Assembly: GCF_051097895.1 (NCBI RefSeq)
Contig: NZ_CP142525.1
Location: forward strand, 1,830,001 to 1,862,000
Length of the DNA: 32,000 nucleotides
Source of the DNA: Psychrobacter sp. HD31
GTDB lineage: Bacteria > Pseudomonadota > Gammaproteobacteria > Pseudomonadales > Moraxellaceae
Direction of reading: 5' to 3'
A program made the position numbers and the translations under genes. The notes under the pieces were generated by a model. It was not told where the DNA came from. It saw only the letters and a program-made list of their open reading frames with translations, and ran no database searches. The first letter of the stretch is position 1. Every line of letters starts with the position of its first letter. This document shows, piece after piece, positions 18,887 to 26,648 of this stretch.

Positions 18887-19825
18887 TTAATAATCATCGC
18901 CAACAACGCCATCTACTGTCATGGCTTCTTTTATTTTTTCCATCGCATTTTTTTCAATTTGGCGTACGCGTTCGGCAGAAATATCATAAACGGCAGCAAG
19001 CTCATGCAATGTAGATTTTTGTTCAGATAGCCATCGTTGTTGCACAATATCACGAGAGCGCTCATCTAACGTATCCATTGCGGCAACTAAGGCATTATTA
19101 TTGTTTTCTTCCCAATCCGCTTCTTCAATTAGCTCGGCAGGGTCGGCACCTTCATCCTCTAAAAACATTTGAGGGGCGTAGCGTTCTTCCTCATCGTCAG
19201 TAGTTTGCGTTTCAAAAGAGGCATCATATGAAGTTAAACGAGACTCCATCTCCAAAACTTGTTTGCGTGTAACACCCAAATCTTCTGCAATAGCGTCAGC
19301 TTCTTCTAATGTGAGTTGATTGTTAGTTTTTTTAAGGCTACGTAAATTAAAAAACAGTTTACGGTGTGCTTTAGTGGTGGCAACTTTAACAATGCGCCAG
19401 TTGCGGATAACAAACTCATGAATCTCTGCTTTTATCCAATGCACGGCAAATGATACCAAACGCACGCCTTTGTTTGGATCAAAGCGTTTTACTGCTTTCA
19501 TTAAACCCAGGTTACCTTCTTGGATTAAGTCAGCTTGTGGTAAGCCATAGCCAGAATAACTACGAGCAATGTGGATAACAAAACGTAAATGAGACATTAC
19601 CAATAAACGAGCAGCTTCTACATCACCATCGTTGTAATAGCGAACGGCGAGCTCTTTTTCTTGCTCGGGTGTTAAAATTGGGATTTGATGTACCGTATTT
19701 ATATAAGCGCCAAGATTGACGCCCGGCGCACTTAAATGTACAGGTATGGCAGGAACAAGCTCTTTAGTTGGCTTGCTTGCCAAGTCTTGTGCAATCGGAG
19801 TTGCTTTGTTTTGTTCGGTAGCCAT
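18887..19825 (-). CDS. rpoH: RNA polymerase sigma-32 (heat-shock sigma factor)
   Basis: The 312-aa protein contains QADLIQEGNLGLMKAVKRFDP, VSFAVHWIKAEIHEFVIRNWRIVKVATTKAHRKLFFNLR (the RpoH box) and a C-terminal SAERVRQIEKNAM. It has an N-terminal extension of about 25 aa relative to E. coli RpoH. Confidence 0.95.
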   Translation of the reverse strand: MATEQNKATPIAQDLASKPTKELVPAIPVHLSAPGVNLGAYINTVHQIPILTPEQEKELAVRYYNDGDVEAARLLVMSHLRFVIHIARSYSGYGLPQADLIQEGNLGLMKAVKRFDPNKGVRLVSFAVHWIKAEIHEFVIRNWRIVKVATTKAHRKLFFNLRSLKKTNNQLTLEEADAIAEDLGVTRKQVLEMESRLTSYDASFETQTTDDEEERYAPQMFLEDEGADPAELIEEADWEENNNNALVAAMDTLDERSRDIVQQRWLSEQKSTLHELAAVYDISAERVRQIEKNAMEKIKEAMTVDGVVGDDY

Positions 19826-19951
19826 GAAAAGACCCTAAAAAAATAGTTAATGTTATTTATTATAATGGTAATTTGATAAATTTGTAGTTTTGTGTTGTAA
19901 AAGATTGTCTTTTATAAAAATAAACGAGTAACAATTATTGAATAGCTTGTG

Positions 19952-20323
19952 TTACTGTTTTATTAAGAAATGAAAAACACCGTTGCTTTGCCAATTTAAC
20001 AAATTGAGTTTTTTTTGTTTGGCAAAGGCAATCATGTCATGCATTGAGTTTGAGTCGGTTGCGACCATGTATAAATAAGTACCAATAGGCAAAACTCGCA
20101 GCCCAATTTTGGTTTTTAGCAAAGGTTGTGGGCACGCAAGATCTCGCCCATCAACAAAAACACTAATTGATATATCGGCATCATTTACTAGTGCAATATC
20201 ACAGCTTTGCAATAACTGACTGACAGTTTTTATTTGTGTTTCGTCTTCAATTTTTAAACGAACTAACTTAGGGCAAAAAACAGCATCAGAGTTTAGCAGA
20301 GCTGTGGGATTGGCTTGTCGCAT
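19952..20323 (-). CDS. TusA/SirA-like sulfurtransferase family protein with ~50-aa N-terminal extension
   Basis: The C-terminal ~70 aa follow the TusA pattern, with the conserved Cys-Pro-x-Pro motif (DGRDLACPQPLLKTK) and a terminal beta-alpha-beta-like tail. The start is uncertain because there is no SD. Confidence 0.55.
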   Translation of the reverse strand: MRQANPTALLNSDAVFCPKLVRLKIEDETQIKTVSQLLQSCDIALVNDADISISVFVDGRDLACPQPLLKTKIGLRVLPIGTYLYMVATDSNSMHDMIAFAKQKKLNLLNWQSNGVFHFLIKQ

Positions 20324-20360
20324 TTTTTATCAACTTTTAGCTTGTTACGGGATAATGGGT

Positions 20361-20810
20361 TTATCCCATTAATGCTTTTTTTACCAAACCAGAAATCATA
20401 GCTGGGTCAGCACGTCCTGCTGTTTTGCCTTTTAATGCGCCCATTACCTTGCCCATATCTTGCATAGAGCTGGCACCTTGCTCAGCAATTTCTGCCTGTA
20501 CTAATGCAGATACTTCTTCTTCCGTCATTTGTTTTGGCATGAATGCTTGAATTACTTCTAGTTCAAATTGCTCTTTTGCTGCTAAATCATCACGTCCATT
20601 TTCGCTGAATACGGCTAAAGACTCTTGGCGCTGTTTAATTTGCTTTTGTAAAACATCAAGTACAGCGGCATCATCTAGTTCTATTTTTTTATCCACTTCA
20701 ATTTGTTTAATTGCTGCTTGCACACCACGCAAAACTTTTACTTTATCCATTTCACGCGCTTTCATGGCAGTTTTTAGGCTATCTGCTAGAGTTGTTTTCA
20801 TAGTACTCAT
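20361..20810 (-). CDS. GatB/YqeY domain-containing protein
   Basis: The 149-aa protein has a typical YqeY N-terminus (LKTAMKAREMDKVKVLRGVQAAIKQ) and a C-terminal MGKVMGALK.K..GRAD segment. Confidence 0.85.
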   Translation of the reverse strand: MSTMKTTLADSLKTAMKAREMDKVKVLRGVQAAIKQIEVDKKIELDDAAVLDVLQKQIKQRQESLAVFSENGRDDLAAKEQFELEVIQAFMPKQMTEEEVSALVQAEIAEQGASSMQDMGKVMGALKGKTAGRADPAMISGLVKKALMG

Positions 20811-20855
20811 GTTTTTTCCTTATATTTTAATCACAAGTTTTGTTAAATTTTAGCA

Positions 20856-20892
20856 TAAAAAAGCGTCGCTGTTAGATTATAACAGCGACGCT
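20856..20892 (-). terminator. Rho-independent terminator/attenuator after rpsU
   Basis: A 13-bp stem AGCGTCGCTGTTA (20862-20874) / TAACAGCGACGCT (20880-20892). On the minus strand it is followed by T6 (plus-strand A-run 20856-20861). Confidence 0.8.
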
Positions 20893-20924
20893 CTACCAAT
20901 TAGAAAGCTAACTGGATATATCTA

Positions 20925-21140
20925 TTAGTACTTACGAACAGTACGTACTGATTCGCGTTGTACTTTCTTTTTATAGCGTTTTACTGCGGCTGCTTTTTTA
21001 CGCTTACGTTCTTGAGTTGGCTTTTCATAAAACTCACGCTTGCGAACGTCTGCTAAGATACCAGCTTTTTCGCAAGAGCGTTTAAAACGACGGATTGCTA
21101 CGTCAACTGGTTCATTTTCTTTAACCTTAACTGAAGGCAT
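20925..21140 (-). CDS. rpsU: 30S ribosomal protein S21
   Basis: The 71-aa basic protein begins [28 protein letters not shown], which matches the bacterial S21 consensus. An AAGGAG SD is present. Confidence 0.97.
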   Translation of the reverse strand: MPSVKVKENEPVDVAIRRFKRSCEKAGILADVRKREFYEKPTQERKRKKAAAVKRYKKKVQRESVRTVRKY

Positions 21141-21492
21141 ATTTGCTCCTTAATAAGCATTTTGAGACATTAGTTGGCATTAGTTTGGCTGTTATTTTAT
21201 TTGCCTTTAGCCAAAACGGTCATGACCTTGTCTCATGTTTTGGCATCAGCTCAAACTAGGATAATTAAGTTTAAAAACTGTAATCAAAATTTCACAAATC
21301 TGTAATAAATACCAAAAGTGAAATTTGAACGCAAAATTATACATAAATTTAAATCCCTATACAAGGTTTTATTTTGGTTATTTATTTGAAAATAATGGGT
21401 TACGCATTACGTAGTGACGTTAAAGCTAAGCAAATAATACGGTGTTCATCATATGATTTTAGTTTTTTGGATGCAGAGCCAACAGGTTGCAT

Positions 21493-21500
21493 TGTATAAT
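21493..21500 (+). promoter_or_regulatory. candidate extended -10 promoter element for tsaD
   Basis: TGTATAAT (TGn + TATAAT) lies 44 nt upstream of the tsaD ATG. No good -35 is present. Confidence 0.35.
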
Positions 21501-21543
21501 AGGCAAATGTGTTAAATTCAAAAATTAGGTGACAAAAACAAGC

Positions 21544-22605
21544 ATGAAAGTATTGGGCTTAGAGACATCTTGTGATGAAACAGGATTGGCGATATTTGAT
21601 AGCGAGCAAATATCTGACAAAAATAATGGGTTGGTAGGGCAAGTGCTATATTCACAGATAGCGCTACATGCAACCTATGGGGGCGTAGTACCAGAGCTTG
21701 CTAGTCGTGATCATATCCGTAAACTTGTGCCTTTATTTAATGAGTTATTGACACAATGTAATTTAACAAAACAAGATATTGATGCCATTGCTTTTACGAG
21801 AGGACCAGGGTTGGTTGGTGCATTGATGACTGGGGCTTTATTTGGTAGGTCGCTTGGATATGCTTTGGGTGTGCCGGCAATAGGTGTGCATCACATGGAA
21901 GGGCATTTACTTGCACCATTAATGGGCGCTCAGCCACCAAAGTTCCCTTTTGTTTGCTTATTAGTATCTGGTGGGCATACGCAACTTGTTGCAACACATG
22001 GCATTGGGCAGTATGAGGTTTTGGGTGAGTCGATTGACGATGCGGCAGGAGAATGCTTTGATAAAGCAGCAAAAATGTTGAAATTGCCATACCCAGGAGG
22101 GCCAAATATAGCCGAACTTGCCAAAAACGGTAACCCAAACGCTTATGTGCTACCGCGCCCAATGCTGCATAAAGGGTTAGATTTTTCATTTAGTGGGATG
22201 AAAACAGCGATACATAATTTAATTAAAGATACGGATGGATCAGATAATGACCCTGAAGTAAGAGCAGATATTGCTGCAAGTTTTCAGCATGCTGTGGTAG
22301 ACACCTTGGTGAAAAAGTGTGTAAAAGCATTACAGCAAGTGAAAATGAATCGACTGGTGATAGCAGGTGGTGTGAGTGCCAACTTGCATTTGCGAGAGCA
22401 ATTGGCATTAGCTTTAGAAAAAATAAATGCCAGCGTGCATTATGCCCCACCAGCATTGTGTACAGACAATGGTGCAATGATTGCATTTGCAGGCTATCAG
22501 CGTTTGCAGGCAGGGCAAACTGAAGGTTTGTCTGTCAGTTGTGTACCAAGGTGGGATATGACTGAGTTACCGCCATTAAAAGGAACATCAACATGCAATG
22601 GATAG
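21544..22605 (+). CDS. tsaD: tRNA N6-adenosine threonylcarbamoyltransferase
   Basis: Starting at ATG 21544 gives the canonical N-terminus [14 protein letters not shown]. The GTG at 21529 would add 5 aa. Motifs HHMEGHL and VSGGHT are present. The gene is divergent from rpsU, as in E. coli. Confidence 0.93.
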   Translation: MKVLGLETSCDETGLAIFDSEQISDKNNGLVGQVLYSQIALHATYGGVVPELASRDHIRKLVPLFNELLTQCNLTKQDIDAIAFTRGPGLVGALMTGALFGRSLGYALGVPAIGVHHMEGHLLAPLMGAQPPKFPFVCLLVSGGHTQLVATHGIGQYEVLGESIDDAAGECFDKAAKMLKLPYPGGPNIAELAKNGNPNAYVLPRPMLHKGLDFSFSGMKTAIHNLIKDTDGSDNDPEVRADIAASFQHAVVDTLVKKCVKALQQVKMNRLVIAGGVSANLHLREQLALALEKINASVHYAPPALCTDNGAMIAFAGYQRLQAGQTEGLSVSCVPRWDMTELPPLKGTSTCNG

Positions 22606-22994
22606 CAATTGGTTTGGGTGCCGCACTTGGGGCATGCATGCGAGCATGGCTTGGGCGGTTTAATGCGCATTTAGGCAATGTGGCTGGCTTTGGCTGGTTG
22701 CCGCATTGGTTTCCACTTGGTACCTTGTTTGCCAATGTATTGGGTGGTTTGTTAGTCGGCATGTCAATTGTAGTTTTTAACTATTGGGCAGATAGCATAC
22801 ACCCTCATATTAAAATGATGCTAATAACAGGTTTTTTAGGGGGGTTAACCACCTTTAGCACTTTTAGTGCCGAAGTGTTTGGGTTATTAAATGATGGTAA
22901 GGTGATTTTTGGTCTAACGTTAGCAAGTACTCACTTTTTGTTAACAATACTGGCAACCGCCATAGGCTTTTATTTTATGAAGGCTATTTTATAG
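22593..22994 (+). CDS. crcB: fluoride efflux channel CrcB/FluC
   Basis: The 133-aa protein has 4 TM helices and motifs GTLFANVLG and [13 protein letters not shown]. An AAGGAA SD is present. The start overlaps the tsaD 3' end by 13 nt. Confidence 0.9.
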   Translation: MQWIAIGLGAALGACMRAWLGRFNAHLGNVAGFGWLPHWFPLGTLFANVLGGLLVGMSIVVFNYWADSIHPHIKMMLITGFLGGLTTFSTFSAEVFGLLNDGKVIFGLTLASTHFLLTILATAIGFYFMKAIL

Positions 22995-23013
22995 GCGTTT
23001 TAATCGTCGATAT

Positions 23014-23046
23014 AAAAAAAGCTCATTGTTAACATGAGCTTTTTTA
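23014..23046. terminator. bidirectional Rho-independent terminator between crcB and FadL-like gene 1
   Basis: AAAAAAAGCTCAT..ATGAGCTTTTTT forms a stem of about 10 bp with one bulge. An A7 run lies upstream and T6 downstream. Confidence 0.8.
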
Positions 23047-23064
23047 TTATCGTTAACAGTTTGA

Positions 23065-24609
23065 CTACTTTTCTTGATAAGACAGTTTAACAGCTGCTAC
23101 AAAACCATTGTTATCTTCAAAGTTACCAACTAAATTTTCGTTAGGTAGTGCAGCTTCTGCATCACCAAACCATAGGTATTTACCACCAGCAGATACTGCC
23201 CAGTTGTCGGTAATGTTGTATTTAGCACCCAACCCTGCGCTATAGTAGCCTTCAACAGGACCCAGTGAAGAGGTTGGGTTACCAGCACCGCTATCCCAAC
23301 CAATGCCACCAGATACCGCAAGCTTGTCGTTTAAACGCTTTGCTAAGCCAAGGTCAACTTTCCATTGGTCATCAGAATAATTGGCAATAGGCAAGCCTTT
23401 ATCATCCTTAGTACTCTCTTTTGTTAAAGCGTTATATTTTGGTGGGGTGATGGTAAAATTACTCCAAGGGACATAACGCACATTAGCGGTTAACAAGGTT
23501 GTTTGGTTAAGCCCTGTTTGGAAGTCAAAGTTAATAGACTCTGGTGTGGTGATGGCAATATGCCCTGCGTCATCTGAGGATACACCTAAATCTTTTCCAA
23601 CAGGCACAGATTCATCAACGTTAGCTTCATGATCAATTTCTGAGCGGTAGGTTAATGCCGCTTTTAAAGCAATTTCTGGCTTGTAATACGCAACACCCGC
23701 TAACCAGCCTAATGATGTATCTGGAGAGATGTGGGCGTCATAACCTGTAGAGCCACCATATGCAGCGCCTCTAAGTTTGATGTTACCTTGTGTACGTTGT
23801 AGAACAGGGCCACCATAAACTTGGAAGTTGTTATTTTCGCCAAACTTATAGCCTAAAATACCAGTTAAGCTGTTAGAACGAACCTCAACATTAGTGCCTT
23901 CACCTTCAGTTTCACCTTCAGCCTTGGCAACAAAAGGAGTTAATGGCAGTTTCTCTTTCTTACTTTCTAATCCAGCTTTTTCCGCCTCTGCTTTTGATTT
24001 TCCTGCCATTGCTGCGTCTTTCTGTTTTGTTAGAGCAGCAACAGTATCAGTTTGTCCTGCCTGTTCTGCCTGAGCAATTCCTGCTTCCAATGCAGCGATA
24101 CCTGCATCAGCTTTAGCAATGCCAGCTTCATATTTAGCAATGCCTGCATCAATTTGTTGAACAGCAGCAGGTATTACGGTTGGGGCAGCTGCCATATTTG
24201 GGACAAGCCCTTTAGTTAATTTGTTGATAGACGTATCTGCATCAGTAGCAACAAAGTTGTTTTCGCCAGAGTACTTAACAGCAGCACCCCAAGGCTCATC
24301 ATATAAAACACCAACGCTCCATTTATCATTGATGTCATCTTTTACACCAAAACGGAAAAAGTCATAGGTTTCAATAATGCTCTCAACCTTGTTTCCTTTT
24401 ACATTTTTCTCTTCGTCAGAGATAGCAGCATTATCGTAACCCGTGACATCACCATCAATATAAGTGTAAACAGCCTCGGCATATAAGCCATCTTGAAAAA
24501 AAGCGGTTGTATTTTGACCAGAGCGGTCAAGACCAGCAGCAAAGGCGGTTGTAGTGGCTAAAGTAGCAGTGATTGCAAGGGTTAAACGCGATAAATTAAG
24601 GGTGTTCAT
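23065..24609 (-). CDS. FadL/OmpP1/TodX-family outer-membrane transport protein, paralog 1 (514 aa)
   Basis: A GGAGG SD and a signal peptide ending AFA|AG are present. The N-terminus GLDRSGQ and the block GWLAGVAYYKPEIALKAALTYRSEIDH parallel E. coli FadL [24 protein letters not shown]. The rest is an alternating beta-strand-like pattern. A central insert carries heptad repeats. Confidence 0.85.
   Translation of the reverse strand: MNTLNLSRLTLAITATLATTTAFAAGLDRSGQNTTAFFQDGLYAEAVYTYIDGDVTGYDNAAISDEEKNVKGNKVESIIETYDFFRFGVKDDINDKWSVGVLYDEPWGAAVKYSGENNFVATDADTSINKLTKGLVPNMAAAPTVIPAAVQQIDAGIAKYEAGIAKADAGIAALEAGIAQAEQAGQTDTVAALTKQKDAAMAGKSKAEAEKAGLESKKEKLPLTPFVAKAEGETEGEGTNVEVRSNSLTGILGYKFGENNNFQVYGGPVLQRTQGNIKLRGAAYGGSTGYDAHISPDTSLGWLAGVAYYKPEIALKAALTYRSEIDHEANVDESVPVGKDLGVSSDDAGHIAITTPESINFDFQTGLNQTTLLTANVRYVPWSNFTITPPKYNALTKESTKDDKGLPIANYSDDQWKVDLGLAKRLNDKLAVSGGIGWDSGAGNPTSSLGPVEGYYSAGLGAKYNITDNWAVSAGGKYLWFGDAEAALPNENLVGNFEDNNGFVAAVKLSYQEK
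24070..24153 (-). repeat. 4 x 21-bp in-frame tandem repeat encoding heptads IDAGIAK/YEAGIAK/ADAGIAA/LEAGIAQ
   Basis: Codons 153-180 of paralog 1 were translated directly; for example, 24133-24153 reverse-complemented reads ATTGATGCAGGCATTGCTAAA, which is IDAGIAK. Confidence 0.85.
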
Positions 24610-24674
24610 AATGTTTCCTCCATGATTACATTAAATTAAACAATGACAAAGTTTTGATTAAAACTTTAGTGGTT

Positions 24675-24703
24675 AAGTTAATTGAAAAAAAAACGGCTGT
24701 CAA
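24675..24703 (-). promoter_or_regulatory. candidate sigma-70 promoter of FadL-like paralog 1 with a T9 tract in the spacer
   Basis: The minus strand reads TTGACA (24703-24698) - 17 nt (GCCGTTTTTTTTTCAAT) - TAACTT (24680-24675). The same TTGACAG...TCAATTA framework recurs upstream of paralog 2. Confidence 0.45.
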
Positions 24704-24885
24704 CTAAAATAAACAGTACACTCGTTCACATTATCGTAAGGGTTGTAACAGTTTTGGCAAGATTATCGCCAGGTATTATCACAATTATTTTTTACTTTTA
24801 TTTATTAATGAGAATAGTAAACCCCATACAATAAATGGGATTATAGCAGGCAAGCCACATTTAAGATTAAATGCATTTTTTAAAT

Positions 24886-24918
24886 AAAAAGCCCCCATAT
24901 TAGCAGGGGGCTTTTTTT
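24886..24918 (-). terminator. Rho-independent terminator of FadL-like paralog 2
   Basis: The stem is AAGCCCCC / GGGGGCTT with a 9-nt loop. On the minus strand it is followed by TTTTTATTT, 38 nt after the stop codon. Confidence 0.8.
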
Positions 24919-24955
24919 GTAACTAAGTTTAACATCAACTTAAATTAACAGGGAG

Positions 24956-26542
24956 TTACTTTTCTTGATAAGACAGTTTAATACCAGCGACAAAGCCATC
25001 GTTGTCTTCAAAACGACCAACCAAGTCACGGCTTGGTACCATTGCGTCGGCATCACCAAACCATAGGTATTTACCACCGGCAGATACTGCCCAGCTGTCG
25101 GTAATGTTGTATTTGGCACCCAAACCTGCACTATAGTAGCCCTCAACTGGCCCTAATGAGGTGGTTGGGTTACCAGCACCACTATCCCATCCAACATTAC
25201 CAGATACGGCAAGTTTGTCGTTTAAACGTTTTGCTAAGCCAAGGTCAACTTTCCATTGGTCATCATCATAGGCAACAATGGGTAGCCCTTTTTCTTTAAA
25301 TTCTGGTTTTAATGTACTGGTGGTATTGTAGTTTGGTGGGGTAATTGAAAAATCACTCCAAGGGACATAACGCACATTAGCGGTTAACAAGGTTGTTTGG
25401 TTAAGCCCTGTTTGAAAGTCAAAGTTAACAGATGCTGGTGTGGTAATATCGATGCTACCATTATCATTTTTATATTTTAGTTCTTTAGCAGCAACCTTTA
25501 TATCACCAACCGGCACTACTTCATCAACACTGTTTTTGTGATCAATTTCTGAGCGGTAGGTTAATGCCGCTTTTAAAGCAATTTCTGGCTTGTAATACGC
25601 AACCCCGGCTAACCAACCTAAATCAGATTCTGGCGAGATGTGCATGTCATAGCCTGTTAAACCAGAATATGAAGAACCACGTAAAGAAATATCAGCATGC
25701 AAGCGCTGTAGTACAGGACCACCATAAACTTGGAAATTGTTATTTTCACCAAATTTATAACCAACGATACCGGTTAAGCTATTTGTACGAACCTCAACAT
25801 TTGTTTTTTCTCCAATCGCATCAGACTCATTAGCAACAAGTCCTTGTACCTTTTCGATTCCTGATTTTTTAGTTTCTAAGGCTGATTTTTGAGTTTCCAA
25901 CGCTGATTTCTGAGTTTCTAACCCTGATTTTTTTGTTTCCAGCCCTGACTTTTGTTGATTGAGAGCATTAACTTGGTCGGTGAGCCCTGCTGATTGAGCT
26001 TGAGCGATACCAGCATCAATTTTAGAGATACCAGCATCAATCTGGCCGATTCCAGAATCAATCTGACTGATACCAGCATCAATCTTACCGATGCCAGCAT
26101 TAATTTGATTTAAGCCATCTTTAGCCGCTTGAGCACTTTCTAATTTACCTTGAGATAAAATGGGATACAGTGTGTCTTCGTTTGTTACAAAGTTATTATC
26201 ACCAGAGTATTTAACCGCCGCACCCCACGGCTCATCATATAAAACACCGACGCTCCATTTATCATTGATGTCATCTTTTACGCCAAAGCGGAAGAAGTCA
26301 TAGGTTTCAATAATGTTATTAAGTTTATTTCCTTTGGCGTAATTAGCACTTGGACCATTGGCATTATCGTAACCCGTGACATCACCATCAATATAGGTGT
26401 AGACAGCTTCGGCATATAAGCCATCTTGGAAAAAGGCAGTGGTGTTTTGACCAGAGCGGTCAAGACCGGCAGCAAAGGCGGTTGTAGTGGCTAAAGTAGC
26501 TGTGATTGCAAGGGTTAAACGGGATAGATTAAGGGTGTTCAT
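24956..26542 (-). CDS. FadL/OmpP1/TodX-family outer-membrane transport protein, paralog 2 (528 aa)
   Basis: A GGAGG SD is present. The first 61 aa are identical to paralog 1 and the same ALTYRSEIDH block occurs. The central insert carries two blocks of five heptads each. Confidence 0.85.
   Translation of the reverse strand: MNTLNLSRLTLAITATLATTTAFAAGLDRSGQNTTAFFQDGLYAEAVYTYIDGDVTGYDNANGPSANYAKGNKLNNIIETYDFFRFGVKDDINDKWSVGVLYDEPWGAAVKYSGDNNFVTNEDTLYPILSQGKLESAQAAKDGLNQINAGIGKIDAGISQIDSGIGQIDAGISKIDAGIAQAQSAGLTDQVNALNQQKSGLETKKSGLETQKSALETQKSALETKKSGIEKVQGLVANESDAIGEKTNVEVRTNSLTGIVGYKFGENNNFQVYGGPVLQRLHADISLRGSSYSGLTGYDMHISPESDLGWLAGVAYYKPEIALKAALTYRSEIDHKNSVDEVVPVGDIKVAAKELKYKNDNGSIDITTPASVNFDFQTGLNQTTLLTANVRYVPWSDFSITPPNYNTTSTLKPEFKEKGLPIVAYDDDQWKVDLGLAKRLNDKLAVSGNVGWDSGAGNPTTSLGPVEGYYSAGLGAKYNITDSWAVSAGGKYLWFGDADAMVPSRDLVGRFEDNDGFVAGIKLSYQEK
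25850..25954 (-). repeat. 5 x 21-bp in-frame tandem repeat encoding QKSGLET/KKSGLET/QKSALET/QKSALET/KKSGIEK
   Basis: The units run 25850-25870, 25871-25891, 25892-25912, 25913-25933 and 25934-25954. Each was translated by hand from the reverse complement. Confidence 0.9.
26000..26104 (-). repeat. 5 x 21-bp in-frame tandem repeat encoding INAGIGK/IDAGISQ/IDSGIGQ/IDAGISK/IDAGIAQ
   Basis: The units begin at 26000, 26021, 26042, 26063 and 26084. The 15-nt core GATACCAGCATCAAT is identical in three of the five units. Confidence 0.9.
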
Positions 26543-26648
26543 AAGGTCTCCTCCATGATTTTTATAATGACATGCTTACTTACTATATTTTGGATGTAAA
26601 TATAGTGACATGAAACATTATAAAGCTGTGATTAACATAAGAAACCAT

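Noticed and set aside
24730-24780. Three ATTATC (GATAAT on the minus strand) hexamers upstream of the paralog 1 promoter, suggesting a Fur box and iron regulation.
   Set aside because: The hexamers are 27-40 bp apart and do not form a contiguous 19-bp Fur-box array. They lie upstream of the -35 rather than over the promoter. Such hexamers are expected by chance in AT-rich DNA.
25850-26104. Regularly spaced 21-bp repeats that might suggest a CRISPR array or a non-coding minisatellite.
   Set aside because: The units are contiguous with no spacers. They lie in frame within a long ORF with flanking FadL homology, and they translate to clean heptads. They are coding tandem repeats, not CRISPR.
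23065-26542. The possibility that the two FadL-like genes are an assembly artefact, such as a collapsed or duplicated repeat.
   Set aside because: The copies differ throughout, with synonymous differences even in the conserved blocks and unrelated loop segments. They also have different upstream and downstream sequences, which is inconsistent with an artefactual duplicate.
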